Shown here: piece by piece, positions 8,823 through 18,391 of the stretch
Layout: every line of letters starts with the position of its first letter
How positions within the stretch are numbered: position 1 is the stretch's first letter
From: Planctomycetota bacterium
GTDB lineage: Bacteria > Planctomycetota > PLA2 > JAEUHO01
Length of the DNA stretch: 64,000 bases
Direction of reading: 5' to 3'
NCBI GenBank assembly: GCA_050248855.1
Contig: JBFWRP010000008.1
Span: 120,867-184,866, forward strand
Made by a program: the position numbers and the translations under genes
Notes under the pieces: model-generated
Told to the model about the DNA's origin: nothing
What the model saw: only the letters and a program-made list of their open reading frames with translations
The model's database searches: none

Positions 8823-11800
8823 ATGTCGTACTGCCTGGGTGTCGCGACGCTCGTCGTGCTGCTCGGTGGGTGGTCGCCCGCAGGCTTGCGTCGCGCGCTG
8901 CCAAAGGGTGCTCCGGAGGCCCCGCTCTTCGTGCAGCGCAGGCTCCCCGTCGGGGGAGCGCGGTCCGTGTTCGACGGCCCTGCGATCGAATCGGCGGAGG
9001 ACATCAAGCGCGTCGACCAGGCCATCGAGCGTGGTTGTGCCTATCTGGTGGCCCAGCAAGCGGGCGACGGCAGCTGGCAGGGGCAGGCGGACCCCGCGTA
9101 CCGATGGGGGGTGACGGCGCTGGCAGTCTTGGCCTTGATGGATGCAGGGCATCCGTACCTCGAGGACACGCCGGAGTCGCGGGCTCTGCGAGGGGGAATC
9201 GAGTTCTTGTGCGCCTCGCAGGATGGGGACGGATGCGTGGGCCCGCGAGCAGCGCAGAAGTACGTCTACAACCACGCGTTCGCCGCGTACGCCATCCTGC
9301 GTGCGTGCGACCTCCACGATGCGGCGTGGCTGCTGGGCTCGGCGAACAAGGCGCTGGCCTTCTCGGCCATGGCGCGCAACCCCTACCACGGGTGGCGCTA
9401 CGGGCTCAAACCTGCGGACAACGACCCGGACATTTCCGGAGCCATGATGCTGGCCCATGCGGTGGGCGAGGGTGTGGGTGCGCGTGCCGTGAAGAGGGGG
9501 CGTAGCGCTTCCTTGAGCCTCGACGACGGCGCCGTGGACGGTGTGAGCAACGTCCTCCAGAAGCTCACCGACTTCCAGAATGGGCGCGTCGGATATCTGG
9601 AGCGTGGCGGGGGGCCCGGCCGGTACGTCGACTTGCACGGGGCGAGTGGTGAGAAGTTCCCCTTTGACCTTTCGCAGGGCCCGACAGCCATCTCCGCGTG
9701 GTTCTACCTGCGGTTTGGCAAGGACGAGGAGGCCGCGGTTCAGGTGGAGCGAGCCATCAAGCTGATGGCGGGCGTGGCACCAGCCTGGACGCCGGACCGT
9801 GGCAACATCGACCAGTACTACTGGCTCTGGGGTGCCCGTGTCGCACACGAGCAAGACCGGAAGGGAGGTCCACCCGTGCCGGCCCTCGAGGCATGGCGCG
9901 GTGCAGCCGTGCATGCCCTTCTCGACGGGCAGGAAGGCGGCACCGCAGCGTCCGCCGGTTCGTGGCCGCCCGTGGGGGCGTGGGGTGCCGTGGGCGGGCG
10001 CGTGTACAGCACCGCCGTGGCCGTTTCCACGCTCAAGCTGTCGGCCTATCGGGGAGCTCCTGTGGCCGAGCCCGATGCCCGGGAGCTAGTCAAGCACCTC
10101 CGAGACCGCAAGGCGGATCTCGACGACCGTCTCGCGTTGCTCGAGGGCATCTCGCCCGAGGCGCCTGATCTCGTGGTGAAGACGGTGGCCGGCCTGTTGT
10201 CTGACGCCGAGCCGTTGGTCCGACTCGCCGCGGCCGAGGCGCTGGCACGGATCGGGCCGGCCGCGGATGCGCACCGCACGCTGGTCGGACGACAGCTTGC
10301 GCGAGAACAGCTCGTTCCCATCCGGCAGGCACTCGTCTTCGCCCTCCTGCGCATGAGCAGGGCATCGAAGTCGGTGATGATCGCGCTGCAGCGCGCCGCC
10401 GAGGATCCAGATGCCGGTGTGCGATTGCTCGGCAGGCTCGCGGAGGAAGCCTTGGCTGCGGAGAAGCCCATCCGCGGCGTGCGGGGTCTTCACTGGGTCC
10501 CCACGGCAGCGGCTGCCGTCGAGCTCTTGAAAGACGCCGGGCAACTGGAGCCGGAAAGCGCCGCGCGACGCGCCGCGGCTGCGCGCTGGGCGTTGCTGCG
10601 TTCCTGCCGACTTCCCTACGCCATCGGGGGGCGTGTCGGGCAGCGGCTCGCTGTGCTACCCGCTGGGCCGCTCGAGCAGGCTTCGGTGCTGGAGGCCGCC
10701 GAGAAGGCCCTGGCAGCTGCGGCGAGTCCCGAGGTGCCACCTGCCGAGCAGCGCGCGCTCACCGATGCCGCCCTGGAGGCCATCGAGCGGCTCTCCGGGG
10801 CGTCCGCCGGTCGAGCCCGCTTGGCCGCGGCCCTCGAGGTCCACGCAGCGCGAGCGGCCAAGGGCGGGGACGGGAGTGCGGTCGCGGACGGCGTCCGTCG
10901 CCTTGAGCTCCACGTTGCCGAACTCAAGGAGGTCGCGAGCAAGGCTGGCGAGCAGGATCGCGCCGCGTGCAGCTTGGTGGAGCTGGCTTGCCAGGATGCG
11001 CTCGCCGTGCTGCTCCTCCAAGCGAAAGCGCCAGGTGCGGAGGAGCGCGTCCGCTGGACGATCGCCCTGCACGAGGAGGTAGCTCGCACGCTGTATCTCT
11101 TCCCTGAGCTTCGGCCGTGGAGCGACTTGGGACGGGCCGAGCTGCTCGAGAAGCTGGCGGAAGCAGCGCCGACTCCGGACGCCTTCAAGGCCGCGCGCGA
11201 CGTGGCGGCAGAGGTGATGGGGGCCGTCGACGCCACGACCAACGACCGGCGCGCCAGTCTGCGTGCGGCTGCGATGGCGGCTCGGCTTGCGCCCTTGGTC
11301 CCCGCGCCTCCCCCGGACTTCTACCTGTCTCGACAGAGTCCCCCCGCACCGCTCGAGCGGGTCACGACGAAGGAGGAGCTTCGGGTGGAGTTGTTGGACG
11401 TCGCGTTCCTGCGGCTCCCCCTCGAGACGCCCAAGGGGAGGAACGAGTGGAGTGACGACGAACAGCTCGTGATCCGGACGCGTATCAAGCCGCCGACGGA
11501 GGGGCTCACCTGGGACGACCGTGCATGGCGACTGATCGTGCGCGCGCGTCGGGGCAAGGCGGCCGAGCAGGGGCCTCCGCTTCCCCCTTGGGTCGACGAC
11601 GCGCGATCGCGATCGGTCGAGGAGAGCCGGCTGGGCGCGAACTGGCGCCCGGAGGATCTCTACGCCAAGGGCTACCCCGTGAGCCGTGTCCACGTGGTTC
11701 GGGCGACCGAAGCCGACTTGGCAGATGGCATCGTCGTCGACATCGGCATCCAGCGCTCGGACGCAGGCGCATCCGAGCCCCTGTTCTCCGCGGAGGTTCC

Positions 11801-12065
11801 ACGGGCGATCATCTCGGGCGAAGTGAAGTGGAGCCGCCTCGCGCGGGACGCAGGCTGGTCCGTCTCGCGCCTCCAACCTCGGGTGGACGAGACGCCGGAG
11901 GCCGTGGACGCGCTCCTCCTCGTCTCCAGCTACCTGCAGAAGGCACAGTTGTTCTCGGATGCCCGGGGCCTTGCGGAACGCGCCGAGGAGGGCGCGAAGG
12001 CGCTCGGGGATCCAGCGCGGCTCGAAGAGGCGACCAAGCTCCGCGAGGCGCTGGAGCCGAAGTAG
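8823..12065 (+). CDS. Exported prenyltransferase-repeat + HEAT-repeat protein, paralog 2
   Basis: Same motif order as paralog 1 (YLVAQQAGDGSW, GWRYG, GGRVYSTA, DPDAGVR); start uncertain. Confidence 0.72.
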   Translation: MSYCLGVATLVVLLGGWSPAGLRRALPKGAPEAPLFVQRRLPVGGARSVFDGPAIESAEDIKRVDQAIERGCAYLVAQQAGDGSWQGQADPAYRWGVTALAVLALMDAGHPYLEDTPESRALRGGIEFLCASQDGDGCVGPRAAQKYVYNHAFAAYAILRACDLHDAAWLLGSANKALAFSAMARNPYHGWRYGLKPADNDPDISGAMMLAHAVGEGVGARAVKRGRSASLSLDDGAVDGVSNVLQKLTDFQNGRVGYLERGGGPGRYVDLHGASGEKFPFDLSQGPTAISAWFYLRFGKDEEAAVQVERAIKLMAGVAPAWTPDRGNIDQYYWLWGARVAHEQDRKGGPPVPALEAWRGAAVHALLDGQEGGTAASAGSWPPVGAWGAVGGRVYSTAVAVSTLKLSAYRGAPVAEPDARELVKHLRDRKADLDDRLALLEGISPEAPDLVVKTVAGLLSDAEPLVRLAAAEALARIGPAADAHRTLVGRQLAREQLVPIRQALVFALLRMSRASKSVMIALQRAAEDPDAGVRLLGRLAEEALAAEKPIRGVRGLHWVPTAAAAVELLKDAGQLEPESAARRAAAARWALLRSCRLPYAIGGRVGQRLAVLPAGPLEQASVLEAAEKALAAAASPEVPPAEQRALTDAALEAIERLSGASAGRARLAAALEVHAARAAKGGDGSAVADGVRRLELHVAELKEVASKAGEQDRAACSLVELACQDALAVLLLQAKAPGAEERVRWTIALHEEVARTLYLFPELRPWSDLGRAELLEKLAEAAPTPDAFKAARDVAAEVMGAVDATTNDRRASLRAAAMAARLAPLVPAPPPDFYLSRQSPPAPLERVTTKEELRVELLDVAFLRLPLETPKGRNEWSDDEQLVIRTRIKPPTEGLTWDDRAWRLIVRARRGKAAEQGPPLPPWVDDARSRSVEESRLGANWRPEDLYAKGYPVSRVHVVRATEADLADGIVVDIGIQRSDAGASEPLFSAEVPRAIISGEVKWSRLARDAGWSVSRLQPRVDETPEAVDALLLVSSYLQKAQLFSDARGLAERAEEGAKALGDPARLEEATKLREALEPK

Positions 12066-12103
12066 TCTCAGAACGCTACGCCCCAGATCCCCGGGGAGGA
12101 CGG

Positions 12104-15100
12104 ATGCCGGCTGGTGGATCGGACGTGACACGGGTTCGTCGGGAGGCGTGCCGTGCCGTGTCGCTGGCCGCGGCGGGTCGGCTCGGTGCGGCCCTCCTGA
12201 CCTTCCTGCTGCTGCTGGTAACGCCGTGGCGCATGCACGGTGCGGCGGGTGGGGAGCCCACGGCCGATGCCCTTCTCCTCGTGCGCAGGGTCGCCGTGCG
12301 GGCGACCAGCCGAGTGCGGTTTGCGGGCTGGGCCGTGAAGCGGGACCCGGACGAGAAGCAGGTCAAGCAGGCGATCGCCCGCGGGTGTGCGTGGTTGGTC
12401 GCGCACCAGGAACAAGACGGCAGCTTCCTGGGAGAGGCCAGCACCGAGTATCGAACCGGGCTGTCCGCGCTCGCCCTGTTGGCGCTGATGGACGCGGGAC
12501 ATGGACCCGACGACGCCACGCCGGAGGGGGGCGCGCTTCGCAAGGGCCTCGCCTTCCTGCTTGCGTCGCAGGACGACGAGGGATGTGTGGGCCCTCGCGG
12601 TACAGGGCCCTACATCCACGGCCACGCCTTCGGGGCGTACGCCCTGGTCCGTGCCTACGAGGTGTCCAGGACCCCGGCGCTTCAGCGGGGTGCGCAGGCC
12701 GCCCTGCATTTCACGGCACTTGCGCGCAATCCCTACTTCGCCTACCGCTACGGGGTCAAACCCAACGACAACGACACCGAAGTCACCGGCTCCATGATGT
12801 TGGCCATTGCCGAAGCAGAGTCCATCAATGCGGAGGTGCCGGAGGGCGACGCCCCCCTCCTCTGGTTCGATCCCGGCGCGTGGGATGGCGTGCGGACGTG
12901 GCTCGACAAAGTCACGGACCTCCGGACCGGGCAGGCGGGCTACCTGGCGCGAGGTAGACGTCCTGCGCGCTACGGTGACGAGCACGAAGGGAAGTTCCCC
13001 GCGGAGCTGTCTGAGTCCACCACGGCGGTTGGCGCGTGGTGTCGGATGCGCTGGGGCGACGACCCCAACCGAGTCGAGCTCTTGGAGCAGGGCCTGGGGC
13101 GAATTGCCGCGCTTCCGCCGGAGTGGAATGCGCCTCACGGTCGCATTGACCAGTACTTCTGGATGTGGGGTGCGCGTGTTGCCCACGAGGTGGACCGATG
13201 GGGCGGCAAGGTCGCCAAGAGGCTCCTCCCCTGGCGGACCGAAGCTGCAGCCGCCCTGTTGCCCGCGCAGGTGGAAGGAGCCGACCCGGCCCCCGATGCG
13301 GGATCCTGGCCGCCGGAAGGCGCGTGGGGCCGTTGGGGAGGACGTGTCTACAGCACGGCACTGGCCATCTCGACCCTCCAGCATGCCGCCTACCGCGGCG
13401 TGGAGCGCCCCGAAGACGCCGACAAGGCGCGCATCGCGCAGATGCGTGATCCCGACATTGACGTGGACGCCCGCCTCGCCGTGATCGAGTCGGTGCCGGC
13501 AGAGGCCTCGACGGCGCTCGTCGATGCCCTCGCCGAGCTGTTGCGCGATCCGCTGCCCCTCGTCCGGCTCGCGGCGGCCGAAGCCCTCGCGCGCGTCGGC
13601 CACGGCGCCGCACCCAAGGCGACACGCGTGGCCAGGCTGCTCGGCTCGGAGGACCAGCTCGAGGTGCGGCACGCGCTGCTCCTGGCACTCTTGCGAATGC
13701 AGAGGAGTACCCAGTCGGTCAGGGCGGCCCTGGCGAGTGCCGTCGACGATCCCGACCCCGGTGTGCGTGCGCTGGCCGAGCTTGCCCGCGAGGGTCTGGA
13801 GACGGACGTGGCTTCAGCGAGGGTGAAGTCCCTCGCGCGACTGCGAAGTGCGGCGGAGGTCCTGGCGACCTTGGAGGACCGAGGCCAGCTCGGCCTGGAG
13901 GGCGTGCCGGCTCGTGTCGCAGCGGTGCAGTGGCGCCTGCTACGCAAGATCGGCCTGCCGCGCTTCCTCGGCGAGCGGGTAGGGGAGCGGCTGGCCCTCC
14001 TGCCGACGTCGCCCCTGGAGGAGGCCACCGTCTTGGAAGCGGTGGAGAGGGCGCTCGCCACCGTGCCTCTGGTGGGCGCGCCGCGCCAAGACGCGCGAGC
14101 GCTCATCGACGCGGCCGTGGCCGAGATCGAGGCGCTCCCGGCGGGGCCCGGTGCCCGGGCGCGCCTTGCCGCGGCGATGGAGCTGCACCTTGCCCGCTCC
14201 ACCCTCGGATCGAGCAACGCCGTTGCGACCGAGGTCGTCGTGCGGCTACAGCGCCACGCGGTCGTCCTGCGCGAGGTTGCGCCGACCCTGCCGGAACTGG
14301 AGCGGGTTGCGTGTCGCGTGGTTGAGCGTTGGTGCACGGCCGCGATCGAGGCCGTGGTTTCCAAGGACGCCGATACCGAGACCGCAGGCAGGCTCACGGC
14401 TGCGATCGACGGGCACGGAGCGCTAGCGCGTGAGCTCCGTTGCTATCCGGAGCTCGTGCGATGGATCCACTTGGCCCGCGCGCATCTGCAGGAGCGCCTG
14501 GCTCGCGCGACACAGGACGAGGCGGCGATGGCGTTGGCCCGGGAGCAGGCACTCGACCTCTTGGCGGCACCCCTCGACACAGCCGAGGGACAGCGTGTCG
14601 CCCTGCAGGCGGCGGCCCACGCAGCGCGCCTTGCCCCACGCGTCGGTGGCTCGCGCGTCGCGAGCCCCGTGCGGCAAGAGCTGCCCGCTGCGCCCCTGCT
14701 CGAGGTCGTGACCGAGGACGGTGTTCGCGTCGAGCTTATGGACGTGGCCCTCCAGCAGCTGCCTCTGCTCGAACCCAGCGACGGGCCGAGGCTGAGCGCC
14801 AGCGAGCATCTCGTCGTACGCCTCCGCACAACCCCCACGAAGTCTGCGATCGCACGGCCCGGGCGTGTGTGGCCCCTCTGGGTCCGCGTCCGAGGCGCCG
14901 CAGAGCCCGGGGAGGTCAACTTCCTGCCGTACAGGGCCGAGCAGAGGCCACTCCCGTTTGACCTCGACGCTCTGGGGGGAAGCTCCGAGCCGTCCGGTGC
15001 CGTGCCCGTGGGCCAATCGGTCGTCACCATCCATGTCTTTCGGGTGACGGAGCCCGAGCTCGCTGAAGGTGTCGAGGTCGCGATCCAGACTGCAGGCGCG

Positions 15101-15406
15101 CGGTGGCAAGATCTCGAGCCGCTCCTTCTGCGCACCCTCCCGGCCTGGGCCGTCGTGCGCAAGGTGCCGTGGACGCAGCTCTTGGATGCCACGAGGCGCG
15201 AGCTGCTCCAGCGCGTGCCCGACGTCGACGCTTCGCCTGAGGGGGTAGACGCCCTCTTGGTGTTCGCTGCCCTCGAGGCGCAGGCAGGCGTCTTGGATGT
15301 CGCGCAGGCCACGGCCGCACGGGCGGAGGCCGCCGCGCGGGCGCTAGGCGACGTGGAACGCGTCGTTCGTGCGCAGCAGCTCTGGGTGTCACTCGAGGGC
15401 AAGTAG
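12104..15406 (+). CDS. Exported prenyltransferase-repeat + HEAT-repeat protein, paralog 3
   Basis: GGAGGA RBS before ATG 12104; long stretches nearly identical to paralog 1 (QAIARGCAWLVAHQ, DQYFWMWGARVAHE). Confidence 0.75.
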   Translation: MPAGGSDVTRVRREACRAVSLAAAGRLGAALLTFLLLLVTPWRMHGAAGGEPTADALLLVRRVAVRATSRVRFAGWAVKRDPDEKQVKQAIARGCAWLVAHQEQDGSFLGEASTEYRTGLSALALLALMDAGHGPDDATPEGGALRKGLAFLLASQDDEGCVGPRGTGPYIHGHAFGAYALVRAYEVSRTPALQRGAQAALHFTALARNPYFAYRYGVKPNDNDTEVTGSMMLAIAEAESINAEVPEGDAPLLWFDPGAWDGVRTWLDKVTDLRTGQAGYLARGRRPARYGDEHEGKFPAELSESTTAVGAWCRMRWGDDPNRVELLEQGLGRIAALPPEWNAPHGRIDQYFWMWGARVAHEVDRWGGKVAKRLLPWRTEAAAALLPAQVEGADPAPDAGSWPPEGAWGRWGGRVYSTALAISTLQHAAYRGVERPEDADKARIAQMRDPDIDVDARLAVIESVPAEASTALVDALAELLRDPLPLVRLAAAEALARVGHGAAPKATRVARLLGSEDQLEVRHALLLALLRMQRSTQSVRAALASAVDDPDPGVRALAELAREGLETDVASARVKSLARLRSAAEVLATLEDRGQLGLEGVPARVAAVQWRLLRKIGLPRFLGERVGERLALLPTSPLEEATVLEAVERALATVPLVGAPRQDARALIDAAVAEIEALPAGPGARARLAAAMELHLARSTLGSSNAVATEVVVRLQRHAVVLREVAPTLPELERVACRVVERWCTAAIEAVVSKDADTETAGRLTAAIDGHGALARELRCYPELVRWIHLARAHLQERLARATQDEAAMALAREQALDLLAAPLDTAEGQRVALQAAAHAARLAPRVGGSRVASPVRQELPAAPLLEVVTEDGVRVELMDVALQQLPLLEPSDGPRLSASEHLVVRLRTTPTKSAIARPGRVWPLWVRVRGAAEPGEVNFLPYRAEQRPLPFDLDALGGSSEPSGAVPVGQSVVTIHVFRVTEPELAEGVEVAIQTAGARWQDLEPLLLRTLPAWAVVRKVPWTQLLDATRRELLQRVPDVDASPEGVDALLVFAALEAQAGVLDVAQATAARAEAAARALGDVERVVRAQQLWVSLEGK

Positions 15407-15439
15407 TCGAGGAGGCGCTTGCTGTAGCCGCGGGGGCAG

Positions 15440-15760
15440 GGCGTCCCCGATCGCTTCGTGTCTTGGACGAGCGTGTCCACGTGCACCGCGATGGCCCCCA
15501 GACCGAGGGCGTTCCACGCTGACGACCCCGTGAGCACGTACGGCGCACCACCGAGGAGGGCACGGAGGAGCTCCTCGTCGCGCGGGGGCACCCCGCCGAA
15601 GCGGCCGGTGCCCGGCTGCGTGCAAAGCCCATGGCCCAGTCGGCGGAGATCCCCCGTCGGTACGAGTCGCAAGGCCAAGCACGTGGGCTTGGCCGACCAA
15701 CGCTCGAGGTCCGGCGTCCGATCGAGGCGGCCGGGACGGCGGGGCAGGGAGGGGGGCCGG
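15440..15760 (-). pseudogene. Degenerate, truncated AbiEi/DUF6088-like antitoxin remnant
   Basis: Translation PGRLDRTPDLERWSAKPT..LRRLGHGL..FGGVPPRDEELLRALLGGAPYVLTGSSAWNALGLG..DTKRSG resembles this family from memory; no clear start, C-terminus absent; boundaries approximate. Confidence 0.5.
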
Positions 15761-15929
15761 CGCAAGACCAGTTTCGTGAGCGCCCGAGCGGCGCCGGGCG
15801 CAAGCCACCGCCGAGTACGGTCGAGCCGAGATCGATTGCACAAAGCTACGCATCTCGCTACTTCGTGCACTTGGTTTCGGGAGGGCCGGCGATGGCTGCG
15901 GCCAATCTGCTGTCGGACCTCCAGAGCCG

Positions 15930-16761
15930 CGGGCGCACCGAGCCCGGCCGCCGTCTTCAACACGGTCGACCGCACGTTCGCATATCTCAACAACCTCACG
16001 AACGGGATCTGGCACCTGAACAGCGACCAGATCATCGTCGGCAACTACAGCGACGCCGGCTACTGATCGCATGCGGCCGGTGTTGGCGGACGGCCCGCGG
16101 AGCCCGACAACGACACGGGCGGTACCAACTACCTGCGGATGGTCTTCTGCTCCCGGACGAACACGGTGACCTATGGCACGTCGGTCATCGGGGACCCCGG
16201 GGGTGTCGGTCCGCTCGCGGCTGCCGATCTCAGGATCGCGTCGACCGACCGCACGACCGGAGCCCTGGGAGCCCGGGTCCCCCCGACCTTTACCGACGGC
16301 TACATCGGCCACTGCACGGTCATCTCCTGCAGCGCGACGGAGCTGCTGATCCTGCAGGACACCTCCACGATCCGTCGCTATGCGACCACCGTCGGGAGCA
16401 CCACGCTCCAACTCGTCGGCACCGTGGCCCTCTCGCAGGCCCCGCCGGCCTCGGCCGTGGGCACCGTCACCTTCGGAGGGACGTTCGCCATCGACGGGGC
16501 CTACTTCTACATTGCCAACAGCGCCACCTCGTCCGCTTCCCTCGACTACTCCGTGTACCAACCCGACGGGACCTACGTCGCATCGTACACGGCGGCCGGG
16601 AGCGGAGCGATCAACAGCACGTATTCGACTGGTCCGTGGGCCGGTACGCGACGCACGATGGCTTCGGCGGTCGGACCGGCGGCAAGGCGCTCGAGGGCCA
16701 GGGTGGCGGTGCGGGCATTGACACGCAGTGCTCAGCGGGGTCTCCGCCGACCACACGCTGA
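15930..16761 (+). pseudogene. Fragment of a beta-rich secreted protein with an in-frame TGA (16064) and a frameshift near 16625
   Basis: Coding-like Thr/Ser/Tyr-rich frame continues across the TGA (ORFs 15458 and 16139 share a frame); coding-like sequence then switches frame (..INSTY / FDWSVGRYATHDGFGG). Confidence 0.55.
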
Positions 16762-16844
16762 AGCCGTAGGGCGTCTGGGGCGGACGTTCTGCGTCCGGCT
16801 CACCTGCCACTCGAGCGGCTTCCCGGGCGCGCACCCGGGCGGCG

Positions 16845-17783
16845 TCAGTCTGCGTCGTTCCCGCCGCCGAGGTCCTCGGTACGCCCGAGCACCTCGACCA
16901 GGGTGTGAAGGCCCGACTTGCCGCGGATCTCCAGCTCGGCGCGGCGGCCCGTGCGTACAAGCGAGGCCACGCGCGCAAGGACGACATCGCTCACGAGGAG
17001 CCGCGTGCCGAGTTCCTTGTTGGCCGCCTCGATGCGGCTGGCCACGTTGACCACGTCGCCGATCACGGTGTCGTGCTCGCGATGCCAGGGTGTGGGGGAG
17101 CCGACCACGACCGTGCCTGCATGCACGCCGACCCGTGCCGCGAAGCCCTGGGCGTAGGCCGCGCCGAAGTAGGCGCCAACGGCCGAGGCTACGTCCAGCA
17201 GGCCCAGACCCGCGAACACGGCCGCCGCGGCGGCCTCGGCCTCCGGGCGTTGGAAGACCGCCAGGAGGCCGTCGCCCATGTAGTTGTCCACGCGCCCGCC
17301 GTGCGCTTCGATCACGGCCGTCGCCTGATGGAACCAACGGTGCAACACGTGCACCACGTCGTAGGCCGGCAAGATCTCCGTGAGATGGGTGAAGCCCTCG
17401 ACGTCGGCGAAGAGCACGGCGACGTGCGCCTCGCGTCCCATCGAGGCCGAGGTGGTGCGGCTCTTGAACTGTCGCGTGAGCTCGGTGTCTTCGGGGTCGA
17501 GGACGAGGCGACGCACGGTCACGTCGCCGTGGATCCTCGTCTGGCAGGCAAGACGGATGGCGTCTTCGAGTCCAATGCGCTCGGCCATGCGTTGCTCGTC
17601 CTGCGTGCGGGGCGTACAGCTCGCGATGCCGGCCACGACACGTACACGACACGTGCTGCAGCGGGCGTGACCGCCGCACGCATGGACGATGGGCACGTCG
17701 GCTTGACGAAGCGCCTCCAGGAGGGTCTGGCCCGGTTCGACGTGTACCGGGCGATCGTCGGGCAGGGCGAGCGAGATGGCCAT
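16845..17783 (-). CDS. 2Fe-2S ferredoxin-domain class III adenylate/guanylate cyclase
   Basis: HACGGHARCSTC..RLAC; VLFADVEGFT, YMGDG, RVGVHAG, IGDVVNVASRIE. Confidence 0.9.
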   Translation of the reverse strand: MAISLALPDDRPVHVEPGQTLLEALRQADVPIVHACGGHARCSTCRVRVVAGIASCTPRTQDEQRMAERIGLEDAIRLACQTRIHGDVTVRRLVLDPEDTELTRQFKSRTTSASMGREAHVAVLFADVEGFTHLTEILPAYDVVHVLHRWFHQATAVIEAHGGRVDNYMGDGLLAVFQRPEAEAAAAAVFAGLGLLDVASAVGAYFGAAYAQGFAARVGVHAGTVVVGSPTPWHREHDTVIGDVVNVASRIEAANKELGTRLLVSDVVLARVASLVRTGRRAELEIRGKSGLHTLVEVLGRTEDLGGGNDAD

Positions 17784-17942
17784 GGTTCGTAGCCTACTGG
17801 GCACGGTGGTGAGATGCGCAGCTGCACGCTCCTGACGCCGTGCCGGTACGGCGCGTTCCTGCTTCGGCCCGTTCGCATCCTCGTCGTCGGGGAGTGCGCG
17901 CCAGGGCATGGCGAGGAGCACGAAGCGACTCCCCGCAGGCGT

Positions 17943-18284
17943 TCAGCCCCGGAGGTGCGGGACTGAGCGGGGCCGGACAGGCGCTTGCTTGGGGCGCCGC
18001 ACGCGGCGCTTGCGGGCCGTGGTCGTGGCGCGCCTGGCCGTCGCGGACGCCTTCGGGCCCGCCCCTTGCGTCGCGGCCTTCTTCGAGCGCCCCTGGCGCT
18101 CGAGGTTGTCGCACCAAGCCTTGCCCCAGAAGGAGCGGGCGATGTGGCGACCTTCCACGATCACCGGCAGCGTCTTCTGGCCGGACTTGCGTCGCGCCTC
18201 GACTTCACGCTGCCCCTGGGCCCTCCTGCTGGCGACGGGGAGCGCGCCTGCAAGCGGCACGAAGGGCGTGGATCGACGGCGCAT
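17943..18284 (-). pseudogene. Internally deleted SWIM zinc-finger family gene (N-terminus joined to basic tail)
   Basis: PVIVEGRHIARSFWGKAWCDNLER resembles the conserved N-terminus of bacterial SWIM proteins; no SWIM core follows. Confidence 0.55.
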
Positions 18285-18365
18285 GCGAGACCGGCAATCG
18301 GGCGAGGCGCGCATCCGCGTGCAGGGGGTGCGGGCTTGCGATGCCCTCGTGCGACGGTTCGCGCG

Positions 18366-18391
18366 CGGACCATCGGACCATCGGACCATCG
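18366..18391. repeat. 8-bp microsatellite (CGGACCAT)x3
   Basis: Read directly, adjacent to the CNNM gene stop. Confidence 0.85.

Noticed and set aside
4982..15406. Squalene-hopene cyclases
   Set aside because: No DXDD motif, only one barrel, and signal peptides plus HEAT repeats are present
16064..16066. In-frame TGA as a third selenocysteine
   Set aside because: No GGUC hairpin at SECIS distance, the context (GY*SH) fits Trp-to-stop, and the gene also has a frameshift
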